A stretch of DNA of 64,000 nucleotides from Mobula hypostoma (lineage: Eukaryota). Shown here piece after piece: positions 37,075 to 49,349 of the stretch. The notes beneath the pieces were generated by a model. The model saw only the letters and a list, made by a program, of their open reading frames with translations. It was not told where the DNA came from and ran no database searches. The stretch's first letter is position 1. The number at the start of each line of letters is the position of its first letter. The DNA is taken from the NCBI RefSeq assembly GCF_963921235.1, contig NC_086109.1, positions 28,646,001 through 28,710,000 of the forward strand. The letters are read 5' to 3'. Made by a program: the position numbers and the translations under genes.

Positions 37075-37579
37075 GTACCTCTTCCTAGAGATGCTGCCTG
37101 GCCTGCTGCATTCACCAGCAACTTTTATGTGTGTTGCTTGAAATTCCAGCATCTGCAGATTTCCTCATGTTTGCTATTTATTTATTTGTTCTTTATAGCA
37201 ATTTTATGTTTTTGTACTATATTGCTGCCATTAAACAACAAATTTCGTGTCATATAAATCACTGATACTAAATCTGATTCTGATTTTGGGATAAACTGTC
37301 AGCAGAAATCAGTCCATATTTCATTGCTGTTGGTTACATGTTGTCTGTCAATATTGTTTCAGGGCCAGATCATATTCAGCCACATCCCTTGTCCAAGATC
37401 ACCGTGTCCACACTGAGCAGGCCTACCTTAGTTGCCCCAGAGCCCAAATGCAAAAACTGGGCAGCAATACGGTGTCAGTTATGGAGTGAGGAGTCATGTC
37501 CCTGATATGCTATTGAGAGCATGACAATTTGCAAAGCTGGGTGTGGGTGTGGCTTTGGTCAGATCATATGTGGAGAAAT

Positions 37580-38605
37580 GTGAGCAGTTTTGCCCTGCAT
37601 ATCTTAGAAAGGATGTGTTGGCATTGGAAAGGATCCAGAGGAGGTTTACGAGAATGGTTCAAAGTTTAAAGTAAATTTATTATTGAAGTACATATATGTC
37701 AACCCTGAGGTTTATTTTCTTGTGGGCGTTCACATTAAATACAAGAAACACAACAGAATCAATGAAAACCGCCACCAACATGATGGATACAAAAAGATAA
37801 CAAGAAATAATAATAATAAATAAATGAACAATAAATATCAAGAATGTGAGATGAAGAGTCCTTGAAAGTGTGCCTATAGGCTATGGAAACAGTTCAGTGA
37901 TCAGTCGAAGTTGGGTGAAGTTATCCACCTTGGTTAAAAAGCCTGATGGTTGAGGGGTAATAACCATTCCTGAACCTGGCAGTGTGGGTCCTGAGGCTCC
38001 TGTATCTCCTTCCTGATGGCAGCAGTGAGAAGAGAGCATGGCCTGGATGGTGTGGGTCCTTGATGATGGATACTACTTTCCCAAGGAGGCACTCCAAGTA
38101 GAAGTGCTCAATTTTGGGGAGGGCTTTAACTGTGATGGACTAGACTAATCCAGTGCTTTTGTAGACTTTTCCGTTCGAGGATCCTGGAAAGAGTTAATTT
38201 GACAGGAGCATTTGATGGCTCTGGGCCTGTACTTGCTGGAGTTTAGAAGAATGTGGAGGGATCTCACTGAAATCTACAGAATATTGAAAATCCTGGGCAG
38301 TCTGGACATGAAGAGGATGTTTCAAATAGTGGGAGAGTCTAGGACTAGAGGTCACAGCCTCAGAATAAAAGGACATTCCTTTAAAATAGAAAAAATTTTT
38401 TAGCCTAAAGGTGGTGAATCTGTGGAATTCATTACCACAGGTGCCTGTGGAGGCAAAGTATTGAGTATATTTAAGGCAGAGGCTGTTAGATACTTGATTA
38501 GGAAGAACATCAAAGGTTATGGGGAAAGGCAAAAAGAATGGGGTTGAGTGGGAAATTAAGTAAGCCGTGATTGAATGGTGGAGCCAAATGACCTAATTCT
38601 GTTCC
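37580..38605 (+). mobile_element. CR1 3' fragment interrupted by an antisense Rex1 tail (about 37657-38180)
   Basis: YLRKDVLALERIQRRFTRM breaks at about 37657 and resumes with ..LMALGLYLLEFRRM.RDLTEIYRILK..SRTRGHSLRIKG. Confidence 0.88.
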
Positions 38606-38884
38606 TATTTCTTATTGTTTTATAGATGTTGAGAGGAATTTTTTTTTTTGTTCTCTTGGCTTAAACTTGGCAGTACTGAGTGCTCCATCTCATATAAGGT
38701 GATCTTGAATGAATTAAACATTGCTTCAAGATGAATAATTTGTTCCAGTGTCAGTTTCAAGTGGAATGCAAACCACTTCTTAATATATTAAATTTGCTGA
38801 TTAATTGTCAGATATCAACAACAAGATCCAGCTCATAAGTTAATATATCTTGAAGGCATTTGGAGTGAAATAGTGATTTTGAGA

Positions 38885-40803
38885 GGTGTCGCAACATCAA
38901 TTTTGCTCTCAACGTCAGCAAGACCAAGAAATTGATTGTGGACTTCAGGAAGGTAAGTCAGGAGAGTGGGAAGTCACCAATCCTCATTGAGGAGTCAGTA
39001 GTGGAAAGGGTGAACAGTTTTATGTTCCTGGGCGTTAACATCTCAGAAGACCTATCCTGGGCCCACCAGATTGACACAGTCATGACAAAGCCATCCCGGA
39101 GCCTAAACTTCATTCGGAGTTTGAGGAGATTTAATATGTCACCAAGAACTAGCAAATTTTTACAGATGTACCATGGAGCGCATACTGGCGGTTTTTATCA
39201 CTGTCTGGAATGGAGGCGCCAATGCACAGCATCGTAGGAAGCTTCAAAGGGTGGTAAATCCAGGACATCTTTAAAAGGTGATGCCACAAGAAGGTGGCAT
39301 CCAGCATTACGGACACTCACCATCCGGGACATACCCTCTTCCCATTTGTACCAACAGGGAGGAGGTAGAGGAGCCGAAAGATCCAAACTCAATGTTTTTT
39401 AAAGAAAGGGGCTTCCCTTCCTCCACCATCAACTCTGCCCTCAAATGCATCTCTCCCATTTCACGCATATCTGCTCTCACCCCATCCTCCCGCCACCCCA
39501 CTAGGGATAGGGTTCCTCTTGCCCTCACCTACCACCCCACCAGCCTCCATGTCCAACATATAATTCTCCATAACTTCCACCATCTCCAACAGGATCCCAC
39601 CACCAAGCACATCTTTCCCTCCCTCCCCCCCCCACTTTCTGCTTTCCACAGGGATTGCTCCCTACGCGACTCCCTTGTCCATTCGTACCCCCCCACCCCT
39701 TCACACCGATCTCCCTCCCGGCACTTATCCTAATAAGCAGAACAAGTGCTACACCTGCCCTTACACTTCCTCCCTCACCACCATTCAGGGCACCAGACAG
39801 TCCTTCCAGGTGAGGCAAAACTTCACCTGTGAGTCGGCTGGGGTAATATACTGTATCTGGTGCTCCCGGTGTGGCCTTCTATATATTGGTGAGACCCAAC
39901 GCAGATTGGGAGACCGCTTCGCTGAACGCCTACACTCTGTCCGCCAGAGGAAGCAGGATCTCCCAGTGGCCACACATTTTAATTCCACATCCCATTCCCA
40001 TTCCGATATGTCAATCCATAGCCTTCTCTACTGTCGAGATGAAGCCACACTCTGGTTGGAAGAACAACACCTTATATTCTGTCTGGGTAGCCTCCAACCT
40101 GCTGGCATGAACATTAATTTCTCTAACCTCCGTTAATGCCCCTCCTCCCTTTCTTACCCATCCCTTACTTATTTATTTGTTTGTTTGTGTGTTTATTTAT
40201 TTATTAATTCATTAATTCTCTCTTTCCCTCTCACAATAACTCCTTGCCTGTTCTCCATCTTCCTCTGGTGCTCCCCTCCCCCTTTCTTTCTTCCTGGGCC
40301 TTCCGTCCCATGATACTCCCCCTTCTCCAGCCTTGTATCCCTTTTGCCAATCAATTTCCCAGCTCTTGGCTTCATCCTTGCCCTACCTGTCTTCTCTTAT
40401 CATTTTGGGTCTCCCCCTCCTCCTCCCACTTTCAAATCTCTTACTATCTCTTTTTTCCGTTAGTCCAAACGAAGGGTTTTGACCCGAAACGTGGACTGTA
40501 CTTCTTCCTATAGATGCTGTCTGGCCTGCTGCGTTCACCAGCATTTTGTGTGTGTTGCTTCAATTTCCAGCGTCTGCAGATTTCCTCATGTCAATGTTTT
40601 AGGAACAGCTTCTTCCCCTCTACCATCAGACTTCTGAAATGGTCCATGAACCAGTGAACTCCACCTTGCTATTCCTCTTTTGCACTACTCATGTATTTTT
40701 ATTGTAAATTATAGTAATTTGTTTTGCCTGCACCCTACTGCTGTCACAAAACAACATACTTCATGACATATATTAGTGATAAGAAACCTGATTCTGATTC
40801 TGA
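38885..40803 (+). mobile_element. Rex1/Babar-type LINE 3' part, interrupted by a Penelope
   Basis: LNVSKTKKLIVDFRK..VERVNSFMFLGVNISEDLSWAHQID; resumes after 40590 with TTTAGGAACAGCTTCTTCCCC and a (CTGATT)n tail. Confidence 0.9.
39399..40590 (+). mobile_element. 5'-truncated Penelope-like element with 10-bp TSD
   Basis: TSD TCAATGTTTT at 39389-39398 and 40591-40600. FFKERGFPSSTI..DRVPLALTYHP linker and GIY-YIG ORF 39675-40136. Pseudo-LTR hammerhead core mutated (CAAACGA). Confidence 0.95.
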
Positions 40804-43199
40804 ACTTTACAGTAATTCAATCATGTTTTACATAACTTTACAAAAATGATTTTGAAGAACAGTTCTTGCATATTATTTATTGGATTTTGTGCTATCTGAT
40901 TCTGTAGGGGTGGAGTATTACTACTCTTTGGCATATTACAATCATTTCAATATTAATGTTTGAATGAATGCAGAATCATCCAGTGTATCTGTACAATCAA
41001 CTTTTGACTATCTCCATGCATATTAACCATTAGGGCAGACATCTTGAATAACTAAACTGAATTGGTAACTTCCACAAGAAAGCTGTTTTCATATACTGAA
41101 TCAGTAATCTATTAATCATAAGAATCTGAAAGCCCAGAAGGAAAAAAAATCAATAATCACAGAGTGAGGGATAATAGCTTCACTTTTGCCTTATGGATCG
41201 ACAAAGAGAATAATTCATTCTCAAAGTCGTGTTTTTTTTTACAATATCAGATAAATGGATACATTTCACAGTGTCCATCCACATGAAGTTCAAAATTATC
41301 AAAGCACAACACTTAATTCTTTTAATTTTAAACGTTTCAATGTAATTCTAAATTTGCACAATGTAATTTGTAACAGAGAGAATCTTGTGTCTAGATTCAT
41401 TAGCTCCATTTAGAATTGCTGACAATCAGCCTTTGAAACTTTAGTAAACTTTAGACCACCATACATTCGTGGTGTCATGCAGAAGTTTGAGTCTAACAGT
41501 CTGAATTGCTACAGTTCTTAATGTACTATTTACCCCAGTCTTATGTTCCCAGCTGTAACTTCCTGCCAAGCCCTATTAAGCATTTTGTGAAGACAGGGCA
41601 TCTGGACTCCATGGATGCAGTCCTACTGAAGGGTGCAGATATCCATCAAATTTGGCCCACTGTTTACATTCCTGGTATGTTCCAGATAAGAAGGCTGGGC
41701 GCAACAGCCCCTGGCAGTGGGCAGGGTCCAGAAAAGCCTTTCCTGATATGCATAAAGTAATTGAAAATATTAAGCAGGTACTTAGGTCGGCCAGGCATGG
41801 GCCTAACAAGTAGTCATAAACCAAAAATTGATTTTCCAATGAAAAACAAAGCAAATTTGAGCAGTGTTACATCGTTCCAAAGCTTAAGGCCTATTAAATC
41901 AGAGATCAGAGCCGAGGAGCAGGATGAAACACATTGGAAGAGGCAGTAAAATTGAAAGTGTGTGACCACGTTTCATAAATTGAGTTATGCTGGTAATTTA
42001 TTGCACATTTAGCACTCTTGATTGGGGTAAATTTTTAGCCAGTAGAAATCAAACTTTTGACCAGTTTAACATTATCGCTTTCCAATGAAATGTGTGCGAA
42101 GAAGCCAATGACTATTCCATACATACCCTGTGATCAATAAAATACATTGAGAAACAAAAAAAATGTCTTACTGTCATATTTTCTGTGTTAAAAGTTTCTA
42201 ATAAGTTAACAGAGGTACTGGACTTGTTAAACAAAATGTGTTAATATCTGTTTTAATGTTGTATAGTTGGGAATCTGGCATTACTAAATTCAGTATTAAT
42301 TTGGCAGTATTTTGTTTCTGCAGTTAAATATCTTGTAATAAAGACATACCATGCTGAACACAACATTGGCCTTCCCAGTCATTTTCTGAAATTGCCTTGT
42401 TGGCTTTTAATGATGTGTTCAAGGACACATTGCTCCCTTTGAGCATCAGTATTATCCCATTTTCCACCATTTAAAAAGGTGATAATTGCTAAAAGATGTT
42501 TATGAAGTATCAAAATGTGCATCTTGTTGCTTCTTGTCACTATCAGGATTAATTTGGTTACAGGCATGTTCTTCTAATCATACATGAGAATATTGTGTAT
42601 TTTTGCCCCTTTAGTCTCTACAAATATGGCATGTTATTGAGTTAATTTAAAACAGAGAGTGATCTATTGAAGGAATACAGATTGGTGTAGGAAAATAGTA
42701 CGAAACTGAAGATCGGGCAGGATCTTCTTGAATGATTGTACAACTGCAAATGGCCAAATAGTTACTTCTGCTCACATTTTTTTCTATGCTTATGTTCTAA
42801 ACTGGAATATTGCTCACATTTCAGAATTCATATTTAGAAATAAGCTAAAATAGAAAACATCAAAAATAGTTTGCAAAGTTACTTTAACTACATGGACGTG
42901 CTTATATTTTGAATAGTTCAGCACTGAAAGGTTAATGGGGTTTTATTATCCAAAATCCTTATAAAAAATTACTAACCAGAAATCATTTGCACTGACAATT
43001 TGATGGTAATATTAGGTTGTTCAGGTGATGTATCCGGAAGAGGTGGAATTCTTATTTCTAAACCAAGAAAACTTCATATTACAGCATCTTCAGGTCCTTC
43101 TGTCTCTGAACTGCTATTTGTGTTTCATGTGACTTGCCTGAAGAATTGAGTTAAATATAAAAGGCACCAAACACATCTGGATAGAGGTTAACAGTCTTG

Positions 43200-43590
43200 A
43201 TGTAGTACAGTGTCAAAGCAATGTGGATATGGCCACTCTGGCCCAACGAGTCAATAGCTGACCACAGTGTCCAATAGGCTAGTCCCAATTTCCTGTATTC
43301 TGCTCATCTAAGCCACCCCTTGTACCTATCCAATTGCTTCTTAAATTATATGTTACCTGCTTCAACTCCTTTTTTCGGCAGTCTACTCATATGCTTACCA
43401 TGCTCTGTGTGGACAAAGTCGCTCCTTGAGTGCCTTTTAAATCTTCTCCCTCTCATACTGAATCTATGCCCTCAAGATTTAGACTCTAATACCCCGGGGG
43501 AAAAGACTGTTACTGTCCACCTTATCTGTGTCTCCCATAATTTTGAACATTTCTATAATGTTACCACTCATTCGCCTCTGTTCCGAGCTT
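43200..43590 (-). mobile_element. CR1 3' fragment
   Basis: SEQRRMSGNIIEMFKIMGDTDKVDSNSLFP on the minus strand plus an antisense 3' UTR. Confidence 0.8.
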
Positions 43591-44451
43591 AGACAAGCAT
43601 GGCACAGGCAAAGTTCAGTGACCTTCTGAGGAGTATCACGGGTCTTTGATCTAATCTCCCGAACATCAATTTGGTTGGAAATTAGCTTGTGGTTTATAGC
43701 AACTAGATGAGGTGGTGGGAAGAAGAACAACTCAAAGACAAGACAGTAATAATAAAATATTTAAATATATTACAATAGTGACCTTAATGTAATTAGGAAA
43801 ATAATAGTGATCAACCAAGAAAAGAATGTTGTTAAATTCCTGAAGCTATCATTGACATTGTTCAACAGATACATTCTGTTTATGAGAGGATGAGAATTGC
43901 ATGTCTCCAGGATGTATTTGTGCCTTGTAGCTGCTCTGTAGCTTAGACAGGAAGCTTTACATGTACTGCTAGTGCTTTGTCATCATTTTGTTTTCACTAG
44001 CTGTCAGCACACTTCCAGATCAAGAGGATGGGAACATATAAAATTGGAAAAACACAGCAATTCATTAATCATTTAAAAAAAAACTGGCTGTTTTTGCTAC
44101 CGACTTCTGTTGAGCTTCCAGACAGAGAGTGTAATAAACACTTTAATAATAGTTGTACAGGGAAGTAGATTCATCTTTTCCTGTTTTCATACCCAGGCAT
44201 TGAATCACCATCAGATAATTTTCCTTACCATTCCTTATAGGTTGAGTACTTACTACTCTAAATTCATAGCTTCAATTTCAATACAATGATCTGTGGAACA
44301 ATGCTAAATCGAGCCATGACAAAATTAAGAAGTATTAAAGTGGTATAAGACAATTCATAAGTCAAAAACAAGAAAAAATCAAGATTGATGAATCCTGATT
44401 CAGAAATCATAGATCTAGAGCTTAGGGAAACAGTAGTAATGAATATTTTTT

Positions 44452-44883
44452 CTTCTGCAGATACTGGAGGATCTCGGCAGGTTAGGCAGTATCCATGGAA
44501 ACAAACAAACAGTCAACATTTGGGGCTGAGACCCTTCTTCAGGACTGGAAAGGAAGGGGAAAGACACCAGAATAAAAAGATGGGGGGGGGGAGAGAGGAA
44601 GGAAGATAGCTAGAAGGTGTTAGGTGAAGCCAGGTGGGTAGGAAAAGTAAAGAACTGGAGAGAGGAATCTGATAGAAGAGGAGAGTGGACCGTAGGAGAA
44701 AAGGAAGGAGAAGGGGAGCCAGTGGGAGATGCTAGGCAGAGGAGAAGAGGTAAGAGGCCATAGTGGAGAATAGAAGAAGATGGGAGGGGAAGGGATTTTT
44801 TTTCACTGGAAGGAAAAATCAATACTCATACCATCAGGTTGAAGGCTACACAAGTGGAATATAAAGTGTTGCTCCTCCACCTT
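44452..44883 (-). mobile_element. Penelope pseudo-LTR plus GIY-YIG C-terminus (older subfamily)
   Basis: Colinear with 17260-17710; hammerhead-like motif at 44510-44547 with GAAA changed to CAAA. Confidence 0.88.
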
Positions 44884-46499
44884 GACTTATATTCAGTCAT
44901 ATTGTTAGCTTCAACACAATGTACAAGCCTTGTTAGCTATTTCATAACAAAGGTGCATTTAAGAAAGAAAATCTATCATACAGTAAAATGTGTACTTTTT
45001 AAAACTGTAAATCACTGGAAAGCTCATGTCCTATTCACAGTTAACCTGAGTTACAATGCGATTTTATTCATTCAATCAATGCTGAACTTAATAATGATTA
45101 ATTGACAGTTTTAGATCAGATTAAGGACTAAAGTACAGATCTGGAATTTGTATTGATTCTGCAGTGCTGTTTACTGATGGAGTGCATGGGTAGGTTCAGC
45201 AAATGGTCTTTCTTAAAAACTTTGTGTCAATAATCCAGTTTTTGTTAGGGTGTAGGGAGTGAGTTAGGGTACTTAATATTTGTCCAAAAGAAAGAAAATA
45301 TCAGCGATTTGAATACATTATATTAACAAAAACACTCTCAATCCTCTTATAACATAGAGTTTCATGGGATTGAGAGAGATAATAAATCAGCCAAGATGGA
45401 ATGGTGGAGCAGACTCAATGGGCTGAATAGCCTAATTATGCTCCTATCATTGTGATCTAATTTGTAGCATCTGTGTCAAGCATGCTTGTCATCTTATAAT
45501 AATCAATTGAACTATTAGTTTCATTCAGTTTGTGCTTTGTGTTCTGCGGTTGCTCTCGTTAAAACATTGATAAAGGAAATATCTCTTTAATAGTTTGCTC
45601 TTTTGCTGGAGTCATTTGACAGCTGTACATGGCTTTAGAAGATTGCTACTGAATAGGGACAACTTTACTAACTGTCTCTCTGCAGAAAGCATGTGACATT
45701 TATAGGGTTACCTTCCCCAGGCACACATTATGGATGAAGCACGTAACGTTAGGAAAGAAGTTGACAAGGGCAATGGCTCTTTTACAGGATTATGGGACTT
45801 GAATGCATCCTGCCCAAAGCTGAAGTGAAGTGGCTTGCTCTTCAAGGTGATTGCAGTCTCAATTTGAAATTCAGGCTGGTATCAGTCGGGTTGCAACTCT
45901 GCAATGTCTGCATCTGGGGAAGACAAAAACCACAACCACTAAATACTGAACCCAACTGAAGAACGGATCACTCTGTGCAAAAATGTCTACGAATTCATGA
46001 CTGTAACTTCAGTGTCTCCAGATACATAAATAATTTGGGCAGGGGAAGCTTGAGACCAACATCAAAATGTGCCAATGCACTGTGAGGAAAAATGCAAAAT
46101 ACATGGCTGGAGGCAGAAAGATGCTAAATGCAACTCAGTGCAGAAAGATGTAAAATATTATACTGGGCTAAGTGCCAGAGCATGAAAATATATTAAATAA
46201 AAGTTTTATCACTGGAAACCTAAGAAAATACTGTATATCCACTAATCCTAAGAACAACAGTTGATGGGAAACCATGCCAGCTGAGCTCTTGACGCAGAAT
46301 CAGAATAAAAATCTGTTCTTTGAAAGCACCACAGAATAATTGATATCTTTCAAAGCAGTCCTACCGGGGTTCAGTTTAGTATCTTGCCCGAAAGGCAGTA
46401 ACTCCCACAATTTTCTTTGCACAGTACTGGATTTGCAAACCTCGAGTGAATGCTCAAAATTTGTGGTGGCAGTTAAACCCATGGCACACAATTGTTTAT

Positions 46500-47130
46500 T
46501 CAGAATCAAAATCAGAATGAAGTTTAATATCACCGGCATATGTCATGAAATTTGTAACTTAGTGGCAACAGTACAATGTAATACATGATAAATATAGAAA
46601 AAAAAGTAAATCAATTAAAGTATATATATGTATATTAAATAGTTAAATTAAAAGTAGTGCATAAAGAGAAATAATAGTAAAAAGTGAGGTAGTGTTTATG
46701 GGTTCAATGCCCATTTACAACTCGGATGGCAGAGGGGAATAAACTGTTTCCTGAATCATTGAGTCTGTGCCTTCAGGCTTCTGTACCTCCTTCATGATGA
46801 TAACAATGAGAAGAGGTCTATGCTCTGGGTGATAATGATCCTTAATAATGGATGCCGCCTTTCTGAGGCACCACTCTTTGATGTCCTAGATACTACGGAG
46901 GCTAGTACCGAAGATGGAGCTGACTAATTTTACAAATTTCTGTGGTTTCCTACAATCCTGTGCAGTAGCTTCCCCCCGTCCCCCCTACCCACCCACCCAC
47001 CGACCGGCCCCCACCATACCAGATGGTGGTTCAGCCTGTCAGAATGCTCTCCACGGCATGTCTGTAGAAACTTTCGAGTGTTTCAGGTGACAACCAAATC
47101 TCCTCAAACTCCTAATGAAATATAACCACT
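46500..47130 (-). mobile_element. Rex1/Babar-type LINE 3' fragment
   Basis: Antisense tail CAGAATCAAAATCAGAAT and GGATGCCGCCTTTCTGAGGCA (CLRKAASI, antisense). Confidence 0.85.
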
Positions 47131-47584
47131 GCATTACCAGAACTGGCCATTTTACAAAACTAAACATTGCTACTGTTTTTCTTCTTTTGGAGAATTAATT
47201 CTAATCCCATAAAAACACTCTAATCACATTCCTCCTATTCATCCCATACATATTAATATAATTTTAAAGCAACCTACAGCCTCAGAAGTCTGTAAGAATT
47301 TTCTACTCTCAATCTTAAATTTTATACCAATGGCTTCTATCACTTAATCACTGGAAACAGTTAATTAAAATTCTCAAACACTGCATTATCAGTCTGGTAA
47401 CATAACCATTACATTCACAATGAGTCATTCTGAAACGAAAACAGAAAATGTTGGAAATACCCATCAAACAAACGGTATCTATGGAGAGAGAATCAGAATT
47501 AAGATCAGTTTCAGTGACTTTTCATTATTACTGACTTGACATATTATATGCAGGATGGTTTTACATGCAGAATTACATTTACAT

Positions 47585-48159
47585 TTAGGTACAGCTGTGC
47601 ACCTGCTCATTAATGTAAATATCTGACCAGCCAATCATATAGCAGCAACTCAATGCATAAAAGTATGTAGATCTGGTCAAGAAGTTTAGTTGTTGTTCAG
47701 ATCAAACTTCAGAATGGGGAAGTAATGTAATCTAAGCGATTCTGAGTGTGGAATGATTGCTAGTGTCAGATGGGGCGATTTGAGCATTTCAGAAATTGCT
47801 GATCTCCTGGGATGTTCACACACACCAATCTCTAGAATTTACAGAGAATGGTATGAAAAGCAACAAAAAAAAATCTAGTGAGCAGCATTTTTGTGGGGCG
47901 AAATTGCCTTGTTAATGAGGGTGGTCATGTTAATGAGGGTGGTCAGAGGAGAATGGGCAGACTGGTTCAAGTTGACAGGAAAGCTCCAGTAACTCAAATA
48001 ATCACACTTTACAACAGTGCAGTGCAGAAGAGCATTTATGAATGCACAACATGTTGAACCTCAAAGTAGATGGGCTTCAGCAACAGAAGACCCACAAATG
48101 TACAGTCTGTGGCCACTTTATTAGCAACAGGAGATGCCTAAGAAAGTGGCCTCTGAGTG
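47585..48159 (+). mobile_element. Tc1-derived non-autonomous element
   Basis: Decayed MGK*CNLSDSECGMIASVR..LSISEIADLLG; right TIR AAAGTGGCCTCTGAGTG|TA; internal tandem duplication TGTTAATGAGGGTGGTCA. Confidence 0.88.
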
Positions 48160-49349
48160 TATATTTTAGTATGAAAATAAGATTTAAGAAATTCCCTTAA
48201 AACATATTTTACATAAAAAGTGAAGTTTTAATATATATGAGCCCTGTGTCTTTGCGTAGGCCAGGGCAATTAATATAATCAATTGAAAGTTAACATGGTA
48301 TTTATGCCAGCAACTATTTAAGTGCAATGGAAATTTTTTTTAGAGAGCCTATGAAATGGTCAGAACTCTGATTGTGCTTGCTGAAGATTGCCCAGCTAAT
48401 AGCCTTGTGCTCAAATGGCATTCAAACTGAAATCAGAGAGTGCTGTAATGGACACATGAATATGTGTACGAATTTCTTCTCAACTTTATTAGATAAGACA
48501 CTAATCAATATAATAATGTTTTTTTTCTGGATTATCAACTTTATTCATAGGAGGTTGTCTATAGTAAAACTACCAGGCTCTGATGATCCTGGTAAAAGTT
48601 TCTGATTTAAGTGTTATTGGTTGAAATGTTAACTCTTTTCTCACTCTCCACAGATACTTCCTAGCCTGCTGTGTATTTCAAAGTTTCTGTTGTTTTTAGA
48701 GTTTTACTGCCCACAGTGTTTTGTTTTGGATGTTAGCAAGTTCATTATTAATACCATACAGTATAAGATCAATTGCTTTCCTACAGTATAACAGTTAAGG
48801 TTGAAGGAGTACAGAATTCACTGAATGTAAGCCCATTGAAAAGTCATAACACGCACCAAGGCAGATCTCTTAAACCACCAGCACAAGCACAACCCCTTGA
48901 GCTGGGAGACCATGCTCAGCTAATAGGGATAATTAATGTAAGGCTAGAATTCTTTAGCTGTCAACTTGAAGCAGCAATATATACAGCTATGCCCATGATA
49001 CAGAACAGTGCCAAGGGGCTTCAAATACATACAAGATAACCTTTAATATGCTGTGGTGTAAAAGTCCATGCAATAACAGTAAGGAAAAATGGTGCAAGTC
49101 CGTACCAGGGTACAATGTGCAAAATTTGACCTGTTAATCACCGAAGATTTTCATTAATCTTTAAACTGTGCCATCACAATATTAACTTGCTTCCTGCTAA
49201 AATTTTCAAAATCACATAGAAAACAAAATAAAGTCATTTAACTGCTTGAAGATGTTTTACTCAGAATATTATTAGTCATATTAAGCTGGTACAGTATATG
49301 TGGGTTCATTAATGTTACTGATTACTGAGGCAAATAATTGAACGTTTAA

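Larger units (their letters stand above)
35745..37173 (+). mobile_element. Penelope-like element with inverted upstream pseudo-LTR and 13-bp TSD
   Basis: TSD CTATTTATTTATT at 35732-35744 and 37174-37186. Arms 35745-36145 (-) and 36719-37137 (+) are inverted copies. GIY-YIG frame ends at 36720. Confidence 0.95.

Noticed and set aside
39675..40136. GIY-YIG ORFs as a homing endonuclease or stand-alone nuclease gene
   Set aside because: All copies are 5'-truncated Penelope ORF ends followed by pseudo-LTRs, with no true start or RT domain.
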